Positions 9,643 through 18,115 of a DNA stretch of 64,000 nucleotides are shown piece after piece (the stretch's first letter is position 1; each line of letters opens with the position of its first letter). Under the pieces are notes generated by a model. The model searched no databases. It was not told the origin of the DNA and worked only from the letters and a program-made list of their open reading frames with translations. This DNA comes from Patescibacteria group bacterium. Lineage in GTDB: Bacteria > Patescibacteriota > Microgenomatia > Levybacterales > UBA12049. The translations under genes were made by a program, and so were the position numbers. Where the stretch lies: NCBI GenBank assembly GCA_023485865.1, contig JAMCZC010000002.1, positions 1,000 to 64,999 on the forward strand, given 5' to 3'.

Positions 9643-9716
9643 GCTCTCGTAGCTCAGCTGGATAGAGCGCGACGTTGCGGACGTCGAGGCCGAAGGTTCG
9701 AATCCTTTCGAGAGCG
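9643..9716 (+). tRNA. tRNA-Arg (anticodon GCG)
   Basis: Manual cloverleaf. Acceptor GCTCTCG/CGAGAGC, D-stem GCTC/GAGC, anticodon stem CGACG/CGTCG with loop TTGCGGA (U33, G37). A20 present (Arg identity element). T-arm GAAGG-TTCGAAT-CCTTT, discriminator G. No CCA encoded. Confidence 0.75.
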
Positions 9717-9720
9717 CTAG

Positions 9721-9807
9721 GGAGGAGTGCAAGAGCGGTTTATTTGGCCGGTTTCGAAAACCGAGCGGGTCGTAAGACTCACACAGGTTCAAATCCTGTC
9801 TCCTCCG
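9721..9807 (+). tRNA. tRNA-Ser (anticodon CGA), type II
   Basis: Acceptor GGAGGAG/CTCCTCC. Anticodon loop TTCGAAA. Long variable arm. T-arm ACAGG-TTCAAAT-CCTGT. Closely resembles E. coli tRNA-Ser(CGA). Confidence 0.8.
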
Positions 9808-9808
9808 C

Positions 9809-10237
9809 ATGAAGTTTCAATTTTCAGCGGGCGGAGTAGTTTATAAGAAAAAAAACGGCGAGACTTTTATTTTGGTTGCCCAGCATTCCCAACATCACGG
9901 CTGGGTTTTCCCAAAAGGATTAATCGGCGATCATGTTGAAAACGAAGATAAAAACGAAACCGCCTTAAGGGAAGTTGAGGAAGAAACCGGAGTCCGTGGT
10001 AAAATTATAAAAACATTAAGCCCTACCGACTATTGGTATGTTTTTGAAGGCGAAAAAATAAAGAAAACAGTTTATTATTATTTAATGACTGTTGTTTCCG
10101 AAGACATAACGAAACATGACAAAGAAATGGAAAACGTAGAATGGCTATCTGCCGAAAAGGTGGAACAAAGATTAACCTATCCATCTGAAAAAAGAGTCTG
10201 GCAGGAAGCCTTAAAAATTTTAAATTTGAAATTTTAA
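9809..10237 (+). CDS. NUDIX hydrolase
   Basis: 142 aa. Nudix box GDHVENEDKNETALREVEEETGV (GX5EX7REUXEEXGU). Starts 2 nt after the tRNA-Ser. Confidence 0.8.
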   Translation: MKFQFSAGGVVYKKKNGETFILVAQHSQHHGWVFPKGLIGDHVENEDKNETALREVEEETGVRGKIIKTLSPTDYWYVFEGEKIKKTVYYYLMTVVSEDITKHDKEMENVEWLSAEKVEQRLTYPSEKRVWQEALKILNLKF

Positions 10238-10253
10238 ATTTGAAATTGAACTT

Positions 10254-10340
10254 GGTGGGATGTCCGAGTGGTTTAAGGAGCACGCTTGGAGAGCGTGTAT
10301 GGTCGCAAGATCATCCCGGGTTCGAATCCCGGTCCCACCG
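10254..10340 (+). tRNA. tRNA-Ser (anticodon GGA), type II
   Basis: GGTGGGA...TCCCACC acceptor. Anticodon stem-loop CACGC-TTGGAGA-GCGTG. Long variable arm. T-arm CCGGG-TTCGAAT-CCCGG. Near-identical in layout to E. coli tRNA-Ser(GGA). Confidence 0.85.
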
Positions 10341-10377
10341 CAAGTAAAACTTAGCTGGTACGTTCGATGCACCGCAC

Positions 10378-10983
10378 TTAAACGCCTTCAAGAGGGAAAT
10401 TTTTGGATAGCCAATCGGCTGATTTATCCATAAAAGTCGGTTTAATATATTCCCTGTAGGGAAGGAAAGGCAAAAGTACGGATTTAACGTGTTCTTCGCT
10501 TATATCTCCCAAAGTTATTGTTAACTCGCCCGGTATAAAAGCATGGGTTCTGACGTGTAAAATATCAATGCCATTTCTTTTTTTAAAATAAAAATCGTAA
10601 AGCTCCTGCCACAAGAAAAAATGATCTTCCACAGTTATTCCTTCAGTGCTAATTCTATAGTGAAAATCTCTGGGCGGAACAGTAGCCAGGGCAAAGGCCA
10701 CAAAAACGAGAGACAAAACAACGAGCATTAACATATATTGGGAAAAAAGAAAAAGAATTACCTCGACAAAAAGCATAATTAAAAGACTGGTTAAGTAATA
10801 CTGTTTTGTCCTTTTTTTAAAAGGCCTACCGGGAGCTGTCCAGGAAAGCAAAGTTTTAACCTCGTTTGGAACGTGATTTTGCAAAAAATCAGGAGCTCTT
10901 TGGGTTTCGTTCAGTTTTCCGCCAGAGGCGGATTTCACTTTCGCCGAGTCAGACTCGGCTTTGTTCAATTTTTGAGCAGCCAT
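10378..10983 (-). CDS. hypothetical membrane protein (two adjacent TM helices)
   Basis: 201 aa ORF with a central hydrophobic hairpin (LLIMLFVEVILFLFSQYMLMLVVLSLVFVAFALA). No recognisable catalytic motif. Confidence 0.45.
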   Translation of the reverse strand: MAAQKLNKAESDSAKVKSASGGKLNETQRAPDFLQNHVPNEVKTLLSWTAPGRPFKKRTKQYYLTSLLIMLFVEVILFLFSQYMLMLVVLSLVFVAFALATVPPRDFHYRISTEGITVEDHFFLWQELYDFYFKKRNGIDILHVRTHAFIPGELTITLGDISEEHVKSVLLPFLPYREYIKPTFMDKSADWLSKNFPLEGV

Positions 10984-11033
10984 AGTTTTACTTTATATCA
11001 ATAAAAATTTTAAGTCAACTGCGACGCTTGGCG

Positions 11034-11123
11034 TGGCGGAGAGGGTGAGATTCGAACTCACGGCTACCTATTGGCAACAAAGGTTTTCAAGACCTTCTCC
11101 TTAAGCCACTCGGACACCTCTCC
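11034..11123 (-). tRNA. tRNA-Ser (anticodon TGA), type II, CCA encoded
   Basis: Reverse complement reads GGAGAGG...anticodon stem-loop AAGGT-CTTGAAA-ACCTT...long variable arm...GTGAG-TTCGAAT-CTCAC-CCTCTCC-G-CCA. Confidence 0.8.
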
Positions 11124-11177
11124 TTAGCTTAATATTATAATTCAACTAAAGGTCGATTGCTAGAAGCTAGAGGCTGA

Positions 11178-12986
11178 CTACCTGCTGGCTCTTAAAGCGT
11201 TAATTATTACCGCAACGTCAATCGCTTCCTGGATAAACGCCCCGCCGATTGGGGGAATTAGGCCAAAAGAGGCTAAAACCATTCCCAAAACACTTATACC
11301 AATTCCCCAAAAAATGCTTTGTTTTGCAATATAAATTGTTTTTTTGGCAATATTTAGCGAATCAAGAACTAGTGAAAAATTACCGCCTAAAAAGACAATA
11401 TCGGCCGCTTCCGAAGCCGCGGTTTGTTCTTCGTTACTAAAAACCATACCAACGTCTGCTAAGGCTAGGGCCGGCGCGTCATTTATTCCGTCTCCGACCA
11501 TTGCGGTAATTTTTCCCTGTTTTTTTAGCTCGTGGATTCCTTTTTGCTTGTCTTCCGGAGCGCACTCGGCTTTTACAATGACATCTCTGCCTAATTGCGC
11601 GGCTACCTTATCTGCAGCTTCTTTTTTATCCCCGGTAAAAATAAAAATCTGAAACCCGGCCTTTTTGAGGTTGGTAATTATATTTTTTGAATCCTGTTTT
11701 ATTTCGTCTTCAAATCTAAAAATTCCGATGGATTTATTATTCTCCAAAATTTCGATTGCCATGCCGTCTGCCGATTTTAACTTGGAAAGAGTGTATTTTT
11801 CGCCGTTTACCGTTCCTGATATTCCAACCCCTACCTTTTCTTGGATTTTTTCAGCGTGGATAACATTTGCATTTTTTTCTTTGGCAAAGTTAACTATAGC
11901 TTTGGCTAAAGGATGCAAAGAGTTTCTTTCGATGCTTTCGGCAATTGCCAAAAGCTCTTTGTCCGTATAGTTTTTGGCTGAATTTTTGAATTCAAGTACT
12001 CTGGGTTTGCCAAGTGTTATGGTACCTGTTTTATCAAAAATCAGTGCCTGGGTACGGGATAGGATTTCAATGCTGGCTAACTTTTTAACGATAATGTGTT
12101 TTTTTGAGGCCGAATTTACTCCTCCCAAAAGCGCAATCGGTGTTGCAATAATTAAAGGACAGGGTGTTGCAATAGCCAAAACTGCCAAGGCCCTGGTTAA
12201 ATCAAAACCCGAGTAAATATATGAAAATCCGGTTATAATTAAAGTGACAAGAGTAAAAATTCCGCTGTATTTATCTGCCATTCTAACCAGCGGTGATTTT
12301 TCGTCCTGCGCCTTTTTAACCATATCGATAATCTTGTTGTAGGTTGAGTCCGCCTGGACTTTGGTTATTTTTATAACTATCGGGTCGCCGATATTAATGG
12401 TTCCGCTTCTGATACTGTCGCCTTTTATTTTTTCAATCGTATAGGGCTCGCCTGTTAAGGAGGATTCGTCGGTTAAGCCGGCCTCGGATTCTAAAATTCC
12501 GTCGAGCCCGATTACTTCGCCTTTTCTGATTAAGACGAAATCGCCTATTTTTACTTTGCCGATAGTTATTTTTGCCCCGGCCCTGGCGCCTGTCCCGTTT
12601 GACGGGATTTCCCACAAAATTACTTCGCTTGGAATTCTTTCCGCCAGTTTTGTCAGGGACTTTTTAGCTTGGGCAACGCCGTAATCTTCCAGGGTTCTGC
12701 CCGAGGAAATCATCAAGGCCAAAATTGAGGCAACGAGATATTCTTTGGTAATTAAAGAAACGACAATTGCCAAAATTGCAATGTAATCCAGAGCAAAGCG
12801 TTTTTTTAAAAGATTTAAGAATGTTTCCTTAAAAAGTCTGTAGCTTCCCAAAATTGTGACAAGAATGGCAATTATTACTGCGGGAGTGTTTTGCTTTAAA
12901 AGCTCTAAGGCAACATATAAAACGATGCCAAAAAGAATTATCGCGGGGACTTTGAAAGTGTTGAGCAGAGCAGTTTTGTTGTTCAT
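11178..12986 (-). CDS. Heavy-metal (Cu+/Zn-type) translocating P1B-type ATPase
   Basis: 602 aa. Phosphorylation motif DKTGTITLG, hinge GDGINDAPAL, and membrane CPC motif (ATPCPLIIATP) characteristic of P1B ATPases. No N-terminal metal-binding domain. Confidence 0.85.
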   Translation of the reverse strand: MNNKTALLNTFKVPAIILFGIVLYVALELLKQNTPAVIIAILVTILGSYRLFKETFLNLLKKRFALDYIAILAIVVSLITKEYLVASILALMISSGRTLEDYGVAQAKKSLTKLAERIPSEVILWEIPSNGTGARAGAKITIGKVKIGDFVLIRKGEVIGLDGILESEAGLTDESSLTGEPYTIEKIKGDSIRSGTINIGDPIVIKITKVQADSTYNKIIDMVKKAQDEKSPLVRMADKYSGIFTLVTLIITGFSYIYSGFDLTRALAVLAIATPCPLIIATPIALLGGVNSASKKHIIVKKLASIEILSRTQALIFDKTGTITLGKPRVLEFKNSAKNYTDKELLAIAESIERNSLHPLAKAIVNFAKEKNANVIHAEKIQEKVGVGISGTVNGEKYTLSKLKSADGMAIEILENNKSIGIFRFEDEIKQDSKNIITNLKKAGFQIFIFTGDKKEAADKVAAQLGRDVIVKAECAPEDKQKGIHELKKQGKITAMVGDGINDAPALALADVGMVFSNEEQTAASEAADIVFLGGNFSLVLDSLNIAKKTIYIAKQSIFWGIGISVLGMVLASFGLIPPIGGAFIQEAIDVAVIINALRASR

Positions 12987-12999
12987 AGAAAAGAGGACT

Positions 13000-13093
13000 T
13001 GGCGGAGGAGGTGAGATTCGAACTCACGCGAGCCTTATTCAGGCTCAAGGGTTTAGCAAACCCTCGCAATGGACCATGCTATGCGACTCCTCC
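13000..13093 (-). tRNA. tRNA-Ser (anticodon GCT), type II, CCA encoded
   Basis: Reverse complement: GGAGGAG acceptor. Anticodon stem-loop AGGGT-TTGCTAA-ACCCT. Long variable arm. T-arm GTGAG-TTCGAAT-CTCAC. 3' end CTCCTCC-G-CCA. Confidence 0.8.
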
Positions 13094-13124
13094 TTTTGGT
13101 CTTTTCGATTATACCACCAAACAG

Positions 13125-13685
13125 TTAAATTTCGTACGAGTAGATTTTGCTGGGGGTGTGCTCAAAAGAACACATTTCGTCAATTGTTATGTGCTCAAAA
13201 TATCTTCGCATCGGCCTTAAAGAGTTGCCGTGGGCCGAAATAAAAATAACATCATCTTTTTTCCAAGTTGGAATAACATCATTTAAAAACTCCAAAACCC
13301 GTTTTTCTACATCTTTTATGCTCTCTCCGCCGGCCGGGGGAACATCATATGAGCGGTGCCACTGTTTATACTGTTCGGGGCTTTGTTTTTCTATTTCAAT
13401 CTTACTTTTGCCCGTTAAGTCACCGTAGTCCCGCTCTTTAATCCTTGCATCGGTGATTATTTCTACATTTTTGTGCCAGCCGTTTAAAACAAGTTCCAGG
13501 GTGTGCTGAGATCTGATTAAATCAGATTGATAAGCTTTGGTTACTTTTTCGTTTTTTAATTTCTCCGCTATTCCTTTTACTTCTTCAATGCCTTCCGGTG
13601 TTAAATCGCTTTGCCTAAAACCCGAAAAGATTTTTTCTTTGTTGTCAAAAGTCTGACCGTGCCGAAAAACAAAAATTTTTGCCAT
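13125..13685 (-). CDS. Histidine phosphatase superfamily protein (phosphoglycerate-mutase-like)
   Basis: RHG catalytic motif at the N-terminus (MAKIFVFRHGQTFDN). Start moved to the MAK ATG; the ORF track begins 4 codons upstream. Confidence 0.75.
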   Translation of the reverse strand: MAKIFVFRHGQTFDNKEKIFSGFRQSDLTPEGIEEVKGIAEKLKNEKVTKAYQSDLIRSQHTLELVLNGWHKNVEIITDARIKERDYGDLTGKSKIEIEKQSPEQYKQWHRSYDVPPAGGESIKDVEKRVLEFLNDVIPTWKKDDVIFISAHGNSLRPMRRYFEHITIDEMCSFEHTPSKIYSYEI

Positions 13686-13792
13686 TTTTATTAGCAACTA
13701 GCAAATAGCATTTAGCAACTAGTTAAGAAATAATATAAACTAATTTACAACAACTAGCAATTAGTTAACTAAAGGCTAGTGGCTAGAAGCTG

Positions 13793-14500
13793 ATGGCTAA
13801 TTTTCTTGATTTTATTTTTCCCAAAAAATGCGTTTCTTGCAAAAAATTAGGCAGTTATCTTTGCGAAAATTGTTTTGCCTATCTTTCTTTTGATGCAAAT
13901 AGTCTTTGTCTTGTTTGTGATAAGCCTTCTTACAATGGCCTAACTCATCCAATCTGTCGAAAAAAATATACGATTGACGGCTGTTTTTCCGCGCTTTCCT
14001 ATAATAAAACTGCGCAAAAACTGATTTATAATTTTAAATACAAGCCTTACTTAACAGATTTAAAAACTGTTCTGGCTGATTTATTTTACGAAAGCTTAAT
14101 TCAAAACGAAAATTTCAACAAAGAATTGGAAAAAGGAGAATGGGCTTTTGTCCCGATTCCGCTTTTTGCCTCAAAATTTCGTAAAAGAGGCTATAACCAA
14201 GCGGAAATTCTGGCAAAAGAATTATCTAAAAACTTTAATTCTAAAACTATGAATATTCTCAAAAGAACAAGAGATACAAAAACGCAAGTAGGACTTTCAA
14301 ATATAGACAGGAAACTTAACATCAAAGATGCATTCGAATTAAATTCATCATTTATCATTAATCATTTATCACTGAAAAATGCAAACATTTTTCTTGTTGA
14401 TGATGTGGTTACAACCGGCGCGACTCTTTTGGAAGCTGCAAAAATCCTTAAAAAAGCAGGGGCAAAAAGAGTGATTGGCCTAACTCTTGCGAGAGATTGA
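13793..14500 (+). CDS. comFC: ComFC-like phosphoribosyltransferase (competence protein F family)
   Basis: 235 aa. N-terminal double CxxC zinc-finger (CVSCKKLGSYLCENC...CLVCDKP). C-terminal PRTase motif IFLVDDVVTTGATLLEAAKIL. Confidence 0.75.
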   Translation: MANFLDFIFPKKCVSCKKLGSYLCENCFAYLSFDANSLCLVCDKPSYNGLTHPICRKKYTIDGCFSALSYNKTAQKLIYNFKYKPYLTDLKTVLADLFYESLIQNENFNKELEKGEWAFVPIPLFASKFRKRGYNQAEILAKELSKNFNSKTMNILKRTRDTKTQVGLSNIDRKLNIKDAFELNSSFIINHLSLKNANIFLVDDVVTTGATLLEAAKILKKAGAKRVIGLTLARD

Positions 14501-14501
14501 A

Positions 14502-14864
14502 TTAGGCGGTGTCTGGTATTTCAGGAGTTGGTTTAGGCAGTTTTCTTGCAATGAATGAATCCAGCGCTTGTTCTAAGGCAGCGTCTATTTCTTCTTCGCC
14601 TAAGCCTGTTTTTTGTAATGCGGAGGATTTGCCATCAAGAAAATAAGCGGCTTCTGTCAATAATACAATAGCATTTGGTGTTATATTTGTTCCTGTAATT
14701 TCAATCGGAACAAATTTAGAATCTGCAGTTTTTGGTTGTCCTTCGGCTATGGCGACAATGCCGGGAATAGCAGTTGCGGCCAGTTGATAAAATGGAACAT
14801 CTTTTGAAGCAATTAAGTATGGGAATCGTACCGTGTGCAAACCATCTGCAACTGCCTCTGTCAT
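14502..14864 (-). CDS. hypothetical protein (leaderless; consensus promoter directly upstream)
   Basis: ORF with ATG at 14864 (MTEAVADGLHTV...). On the minus strand, TTGACG-17 nt-TATAAT lies immediately upstream with only 6 nt to the ATG. The ORF-track start is an upstream TTG inside the promoter. Product unknown. Confidence 0.5.
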   Translation of the reverse strand: MTEAVADGLHTVRFPYLIASKDVPFYQLAATAIPGIVAIAEGQPKTADSKFVPIEITGTNITPNAIVLLTEAAYFLDGKSSALQKTGLGEEEIDAALEQALDSFIARKLPKPTPEIPDTA

Positions 14865-14870
14865 GAAGTA

Positions 14871-14899
14871 ATTATAGTTAGGCCTTGTCCCTTCGTCAA
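14871..14899 (-). promoter_or_regulatory. sigma70-type promoter (TTGACG-17-TATAAT) for leaderless gene 14502..14864
   Basis: Read on the minus strand: TTGACGAAGGGACAAGGCCTAACTATAATTACTTCATG. Confidence 0.5.
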
Positions 14900-15007
14900 G
14901 CAATTAATAAACCCCTCGTAATCAAATTAAATGTTAATTTCCATCAGATCTGAATTAGCTTCGCAAGGCGAGGCCTTGCGAAGCTGGATGTCAAAACGGC
15001 GCAAAAT

Positions 15008-15037
15008 TTGCATTTCTATATAGAAAAGTGATATAAT
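15008..15037 (+). promoter_or_regulatory. Promoter of tmRNA gene (TTGCAT-18-TGaTATAAT, extended -10)
   Basis: TTGCAT at 15008-15013 and TATAAT at 15032-15037 preceded by TGa. The predicted TSS falls at or just before the tmRNA 5' GGGG (15048). Confidence 0.55.
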
Positions 15038-15047
15038 GCTAAGCATT

Positions 15048-15409
15048 GGGGATGCATTGCATCGACAAGATTCGCACTTTAAAAACTGCAAGCCGACAAC
15101 GACTAAATGTCGCAAAACTAGTCAAAATATAAATGCTAATCGTCAAGATTATGCACGCGCTTACGCATTTGCCTAATAACAAATTCGTAATGAGCTGTTC
15201 ATAAAGTCTTTTCTCAGCGGGACTTTTTGAGCATAAATACAGTTGAGAAATTAATAAGGAGGCCGATTAGTTCCTTATCAAATTTATAATCTTGGTTTTA
15301 TTTATTCCCTTCTATTGGAAAAGAATAGAACGACTTTTAAAAGTAGAATAAGCTTGTAGAAGTTTTTAAAATGTTTTCTTGGACTCCGGTTCATTGCCGG
15401 ACATCTCCA
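15048..15409 (+). ncRNA. ssrA: tmRNA (ssrA), standard one-piece; predicted tag peptide ANRQDYARAYAFA
   Basis: 5' end GGGGAUGCAUUGCAUCGACAAG matches the tmRNA 5' consensus (GGGG..UUCGAC). The 3' end is GGACU-CCGG-UUCAUUG-CCGG-A-CAUCUCC-A, a T-arm plus an acceptor strand pairing with the 5' GGGGAUG. That pairing includes a G3:U wobble, the AlaRS identity element, and ends with discriminator A. Internal ORF GCU AAU CGU CAA GAU UAU GCA CGC GCU UAC GCA UUU GCC UAA UAA (15135..15179) ends in the typical double stop and A-rich hydrophobic tail. Length 362 nt. Located next to smpB. Confidence 0.7.
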
Positions 15410-15413
15410 CAAA

Positions 15414-15440
15414 TAAAACCGCTCGAAAGGGCGGTTTTTT
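15414..15440. terminator. Bidirectional intrinsic terminator between ssrA and smpB
   Basis: AAAACCGC-TCGAAAGG-GCGGTTTTTT: hairpin flanked by A-run and T-run, positioned 5 nt after the tmRNA 3' end and 19 nt after the smpB stop. Confidence 0.6.
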
Positions 15441-15458
15441 ATTGACGAACGAATAAAT

Positions 15459-15893
15459 TTAGCTTGAAAGGTCGGTTTCCAACTCTCTTTGCAGGTCTTT
15501 TTTCTTAATACTTTGCTTTTTATCATATTTTTTCTTGCCTTTTCCTAAAGCCAGCTCAACTTTTACAAGATGGGATTTTAAATATAAAGATAAAGGGACA
15601 ATGCTTAAATTTTGACTGTCCATTTTTGATTTTAAAGCAATTATTTCGCTTTTGTGTAAGAGCAGTTTCCTGGTTCTTTTTTCGTCATAGTCATCACTTC
15701 TTGCATTCTCGTAAGGAAAAATTTTGGCATTAATTAAATATGCCTCACTGCCTATAATTTTAACAAAACTGCCGGTTAAATCGGCGTGTCCCAAACGGAT
15801 TGCTTTTACTTCCTGGCCATATAAATTAATCCCGGCTTCAAAGCGGTCTAAAACTTCAAAATTAAAAAAAGCTTTTCGGTTGGTTATCTTCAT
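15459..15893 (-). CDS. smpB: SsrA-binding protein SmpB
   Basis: MKITNRKAFFNFEVLDRFEAGINLYGQEVKAIRLG... is the typical SmpB N-terminus. SD AAGGAGG upstream of this ATG; the ORF-track start is an upstream TTG. Confidence 0.9.
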   Translation of the reverse strand: MKITNRKAFFNFEVLDRFEAGINLYGQEVKAIRLGHADLTGSFVKIIGSEAYLINAKIFPYENARSDDYDEKRTRKLLLHKSEIIALKSKMDSQNLSIVPLSLYLKSHLVKVELALGKGKKKYDKKQSIKKKDLQRELETDLSS

Positions 15894-16073
15894 CCCGTTA
15901 GAAAGACCTCCTTTCAAGGCTTTTAATTAGAATTGTGCAATTTATATAAAAATAAAGCTTTCTAACGGGATTCATTAGCCAATAATACCACACTTCGCTG
16001 TTTTACAGCTACGAGCGGCAGGCTTCAAAAGAGGCCAAGTGGCAATTTACCCTGTACCTAAGTGGTGCGGGGT

Positions 16074-17888
16074 TTACTTAAGGTTGATTTGATAGATTTT
16101 GCCCGAGGAGAGAGTGTAAACCTTTTTACTGCCTTCCAAGACTTCAAAATCACTTGCATTTTTTAGAATATCGGCTTGGTACTGGGCTTTATAGGTACCA
16201 TTTTTATCTAATACTACAATTCTTGAATTGCCCTGGTCTAAAATATAAACATTGCTAAAATCAACAGTTGTGTAAATTCTTAAAGGATTTGAAAAACCCT
16301 TGTCAAGTCCGCTGACAGAAAAGGCATCCGCCTTTCCTTTGGTGAATTTTTCTATTGTTCCGTCTTTAAATAAAATCCAGATTGAGCCGTCAATTGTAAT
16401 TGAAACTGCCCCTGATAAATCAGGCGAAACACCGGAGGCAAAATAATTAGCTTGTCCAAACCCGCTTGAAGTTTGGATAAATTTATTTATTTGCTTTCCG
16501 TCTTTATCTAAAATGTAAACGTTGCCATAATAAATTCCTAACCCCCCGATATTTTTTGGCAAATCACTTGGTTTAATAATCACCTTTGCGTTTCCGCCTG
16601 ATTTACTTTGGGAAGAAATTCCGCTTGAATCCGCAAAATAAACATTCTTATCATCTTGGGTAACATAACTTACTCCTGAATTTTTTATCTCCGCGGACAA
16701 AATACTGCTGACACTATTCTCAACGCTTTGTGCCTTTACCAAATTAACCCCGGAAGAAGCACTAAGAGCTTGGTTTACTTTTTGCAGAAGTGCAAGAATT
16801 TGCTGTTCTTCTTTTGATTTTGGCGGGAATTTTGCTTTTCCGTCTTCAAGCATTTTTTGCGAGGCAGTAAAACTATCGTGAGCTAAATTTTGATTAAGGC
16901 TCAACAGGTTTTGTCCCTCATCGTATTTTTTCTGAGCCGGAGGATAAACCTGATTGAACAAAGCTAAAGTTTTTTCGTCGTTTTGTTTTTTTATGGCCAG
17001 AAAAATACTTGCGGCAAAAATGACGGCAATAATAACAGCGACGGTTAGCAAAAGCTTTTTAGAATGGCTAAAAGCCTCCATTTTAGGAAACTTGATTCTC
17101 TCAAAAATTGACGATAAGAAACCCCCTAATTTTGAGAAAACGCCGGAAGAGGCAATTGCTACGGCAGCTTGCGGTATTTCTCCCGTTTCTTCTTCCGTAA
17201 CCTCTTCGGGCAGAATAGCCGCTTCTTTTTCTATTACTCCAGATTTTACTTCTTCTTCAGCCTCTGCGGATTTTTCAGGGCCTTTATAAGCAAGAATTAT
17301 CGCGGCTGCTCCGGATTGCTCTTTTTCGTTTCCGTGGATTTTGGGAGCAAGAATCTCGGCGATTTCGCTTGGAGGCTGACTATCAAGAGAAGCGGCCAGT
17401 ACTTCTGACGCGATAATCTGGGTAAATTGTTGTGTTTGCAAGACTATAACATCGCCGTCTTGTAGAAATCCCGAAGCAGCCTTAACCGACGAGGGAAGGC
17501 CTTCTTCAACCTGTAAAATTGTTCCCAACTTACCCTCTCTTTTTACATCGATTTTGCCCTTCCCGAGAATAAAAGCGTATAAAAGATTATCAACGAGAGC
17601 GCAAATTACAAAAGAACAAAAAACGTCTTCAGGTATTTTTTTAGAGGTTACAAGGACGGCGTTTTTAATTGAATCCAAGTCTTTTGTTTCAAGGGTAAAA
17701 AATTCCTGTTCCAGATTGTCTAAAATCTCTTTCCCTAAGAGATTTAAAGCGTCTTTTTCTTCTAATTCTTCCTCGTTTCTTTCAAGCGACAAAACAGCGA
17801 AAAGCTTGCCCGCGTTGTAGGCCTGTGACCAGGAATAAGGAGTCGGGTTGGCGACAATTTTTGCAAAAGTAACGTTTGTTTCCGGCAT
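16074..17888 (-). CDS. Single-pass membrane protein: cytoplasmic N-terminal domain, acidic linker, extracellular beta-propeller-like repeats
   Basis: 604 aa with one TM (LLLTVAVIIAVIFAASIFLAI) in the middle. The C-terminal half carries repeated NVYILD/NVYFAD motifs (KNVYFADSSG, GNVYILDKDGKQ, SNVYILDQGNSRIVVLDKNG) suggesting a propeller. The N-terminal domain is possibly PP2C-like but key metal-binding motifs could not be confirmed. Confidence 0.45.
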   Translation of the reverse strand: MPETNVTFAKIVANPTPYSWSQAYNAGKLFAVLSLERNEEELEEKDALNLLGKEILDNLEQEFFTLETKDLDSIKNAVLVTSKKIPEDVFCSFVICALVDNLLYAFILGKGKIDVKREGKLGTILQVEEGLPSSVKAASGFLQDGDVIVLQTQQFTQIIASEVLAASLDSQPPSEIAEILAPKIHGNEKEQSGAAAIILAYKGPEKSAEAEEEVKSGVIEKEAAILPEEVTEEETGEIPQAAVAIASSGVFSKLGGFLSSIFERIKFPKMEAFSHSKKLLLTVAVIIAVIFAASIFLAIKKQNDEKTLALFNQVYPPAQKKYDEGQNLLSLNQNLAHDSFTASQKMLEDGKAKFPPKSKEEQQILALLQKVNQALSASSGVNLVKAQSVENSVSSILSAEIKNSGVSYVTQDDKNVYFADSSGISSQSKSGGNAKVIIKPSDLPKNIGGLGIYYGNVYILDKDGKQINKFIQTSSGFGQANYFASGVSPDLSGAVSITIDGSIWILFKDGTIEKFTKGKADAFSVSGLDKGFSNPLRIYTTVDFSNVYILDQGNSRIVVLDKNGTYKAQYQADILKNASDFEVLEGSKKVYTLSSGKIYQINLK

Positions 17889-17891
17889 TTT

Positions 17892-18113
17892 CTATAGTAT
17901 AACAAGTGCTGTCAAAAAAAGCGAAAGTGCAAAAATAAGATGAGCTATAGAAGTGAAACTTAATATCCGCGACGAATTTGGTACATATACAATGGTATTC
18001 ATAGCTCTTATTTGATTAAAAACGACAAAAGCAAATACGCTATACATCCCAGTTACCAAAAGAAAAATTATTTTTATGATTAAATTAATGTTAAAAATGT
18101 TAAATAAGTCCAT
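17892..18113 (-). CDS. small hydrophobic membrane protein (hypothetical)
   Basis: 73 aa, two hydrophobic segments, 3 nt from the neighbouring genes on the same strand. Could be spurious. Confidence 0.3.
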   Translation of the reverse strand: MDLFNIFNINLIIKIIFLLVTGMYSVFAFVVFNQIRAMNTIVYVPNSSRILSFTSIAHLIFALSLFLTALVIL

Positions 18114-18115
18114 GC

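Noticed and set aside
11249-12615. Antisense ORFs within the P-type ATPase gene (11249..12216 series, 12433..12615)
   Set aside because: Shadow ORFs opposite a well-supported, motif-rich CDS.
14927-15526. Six-frame ORFs 14927..15115(-) and 15302..15526(-)
   Set aside because: They lie antisense within the region that I identify as the tmRNA gene and its terminator. They have no SD and are not protein-coding.
16074-17888. PP2C phosphatase assignment for the N-terminal domain of the beta-propeller membrane protein
   Set aside because: General resemblance only. I could not locate the conserved metal-binding Asp clusters (DG..GHGG / D..DGxxD), so the domain is left unassigned.
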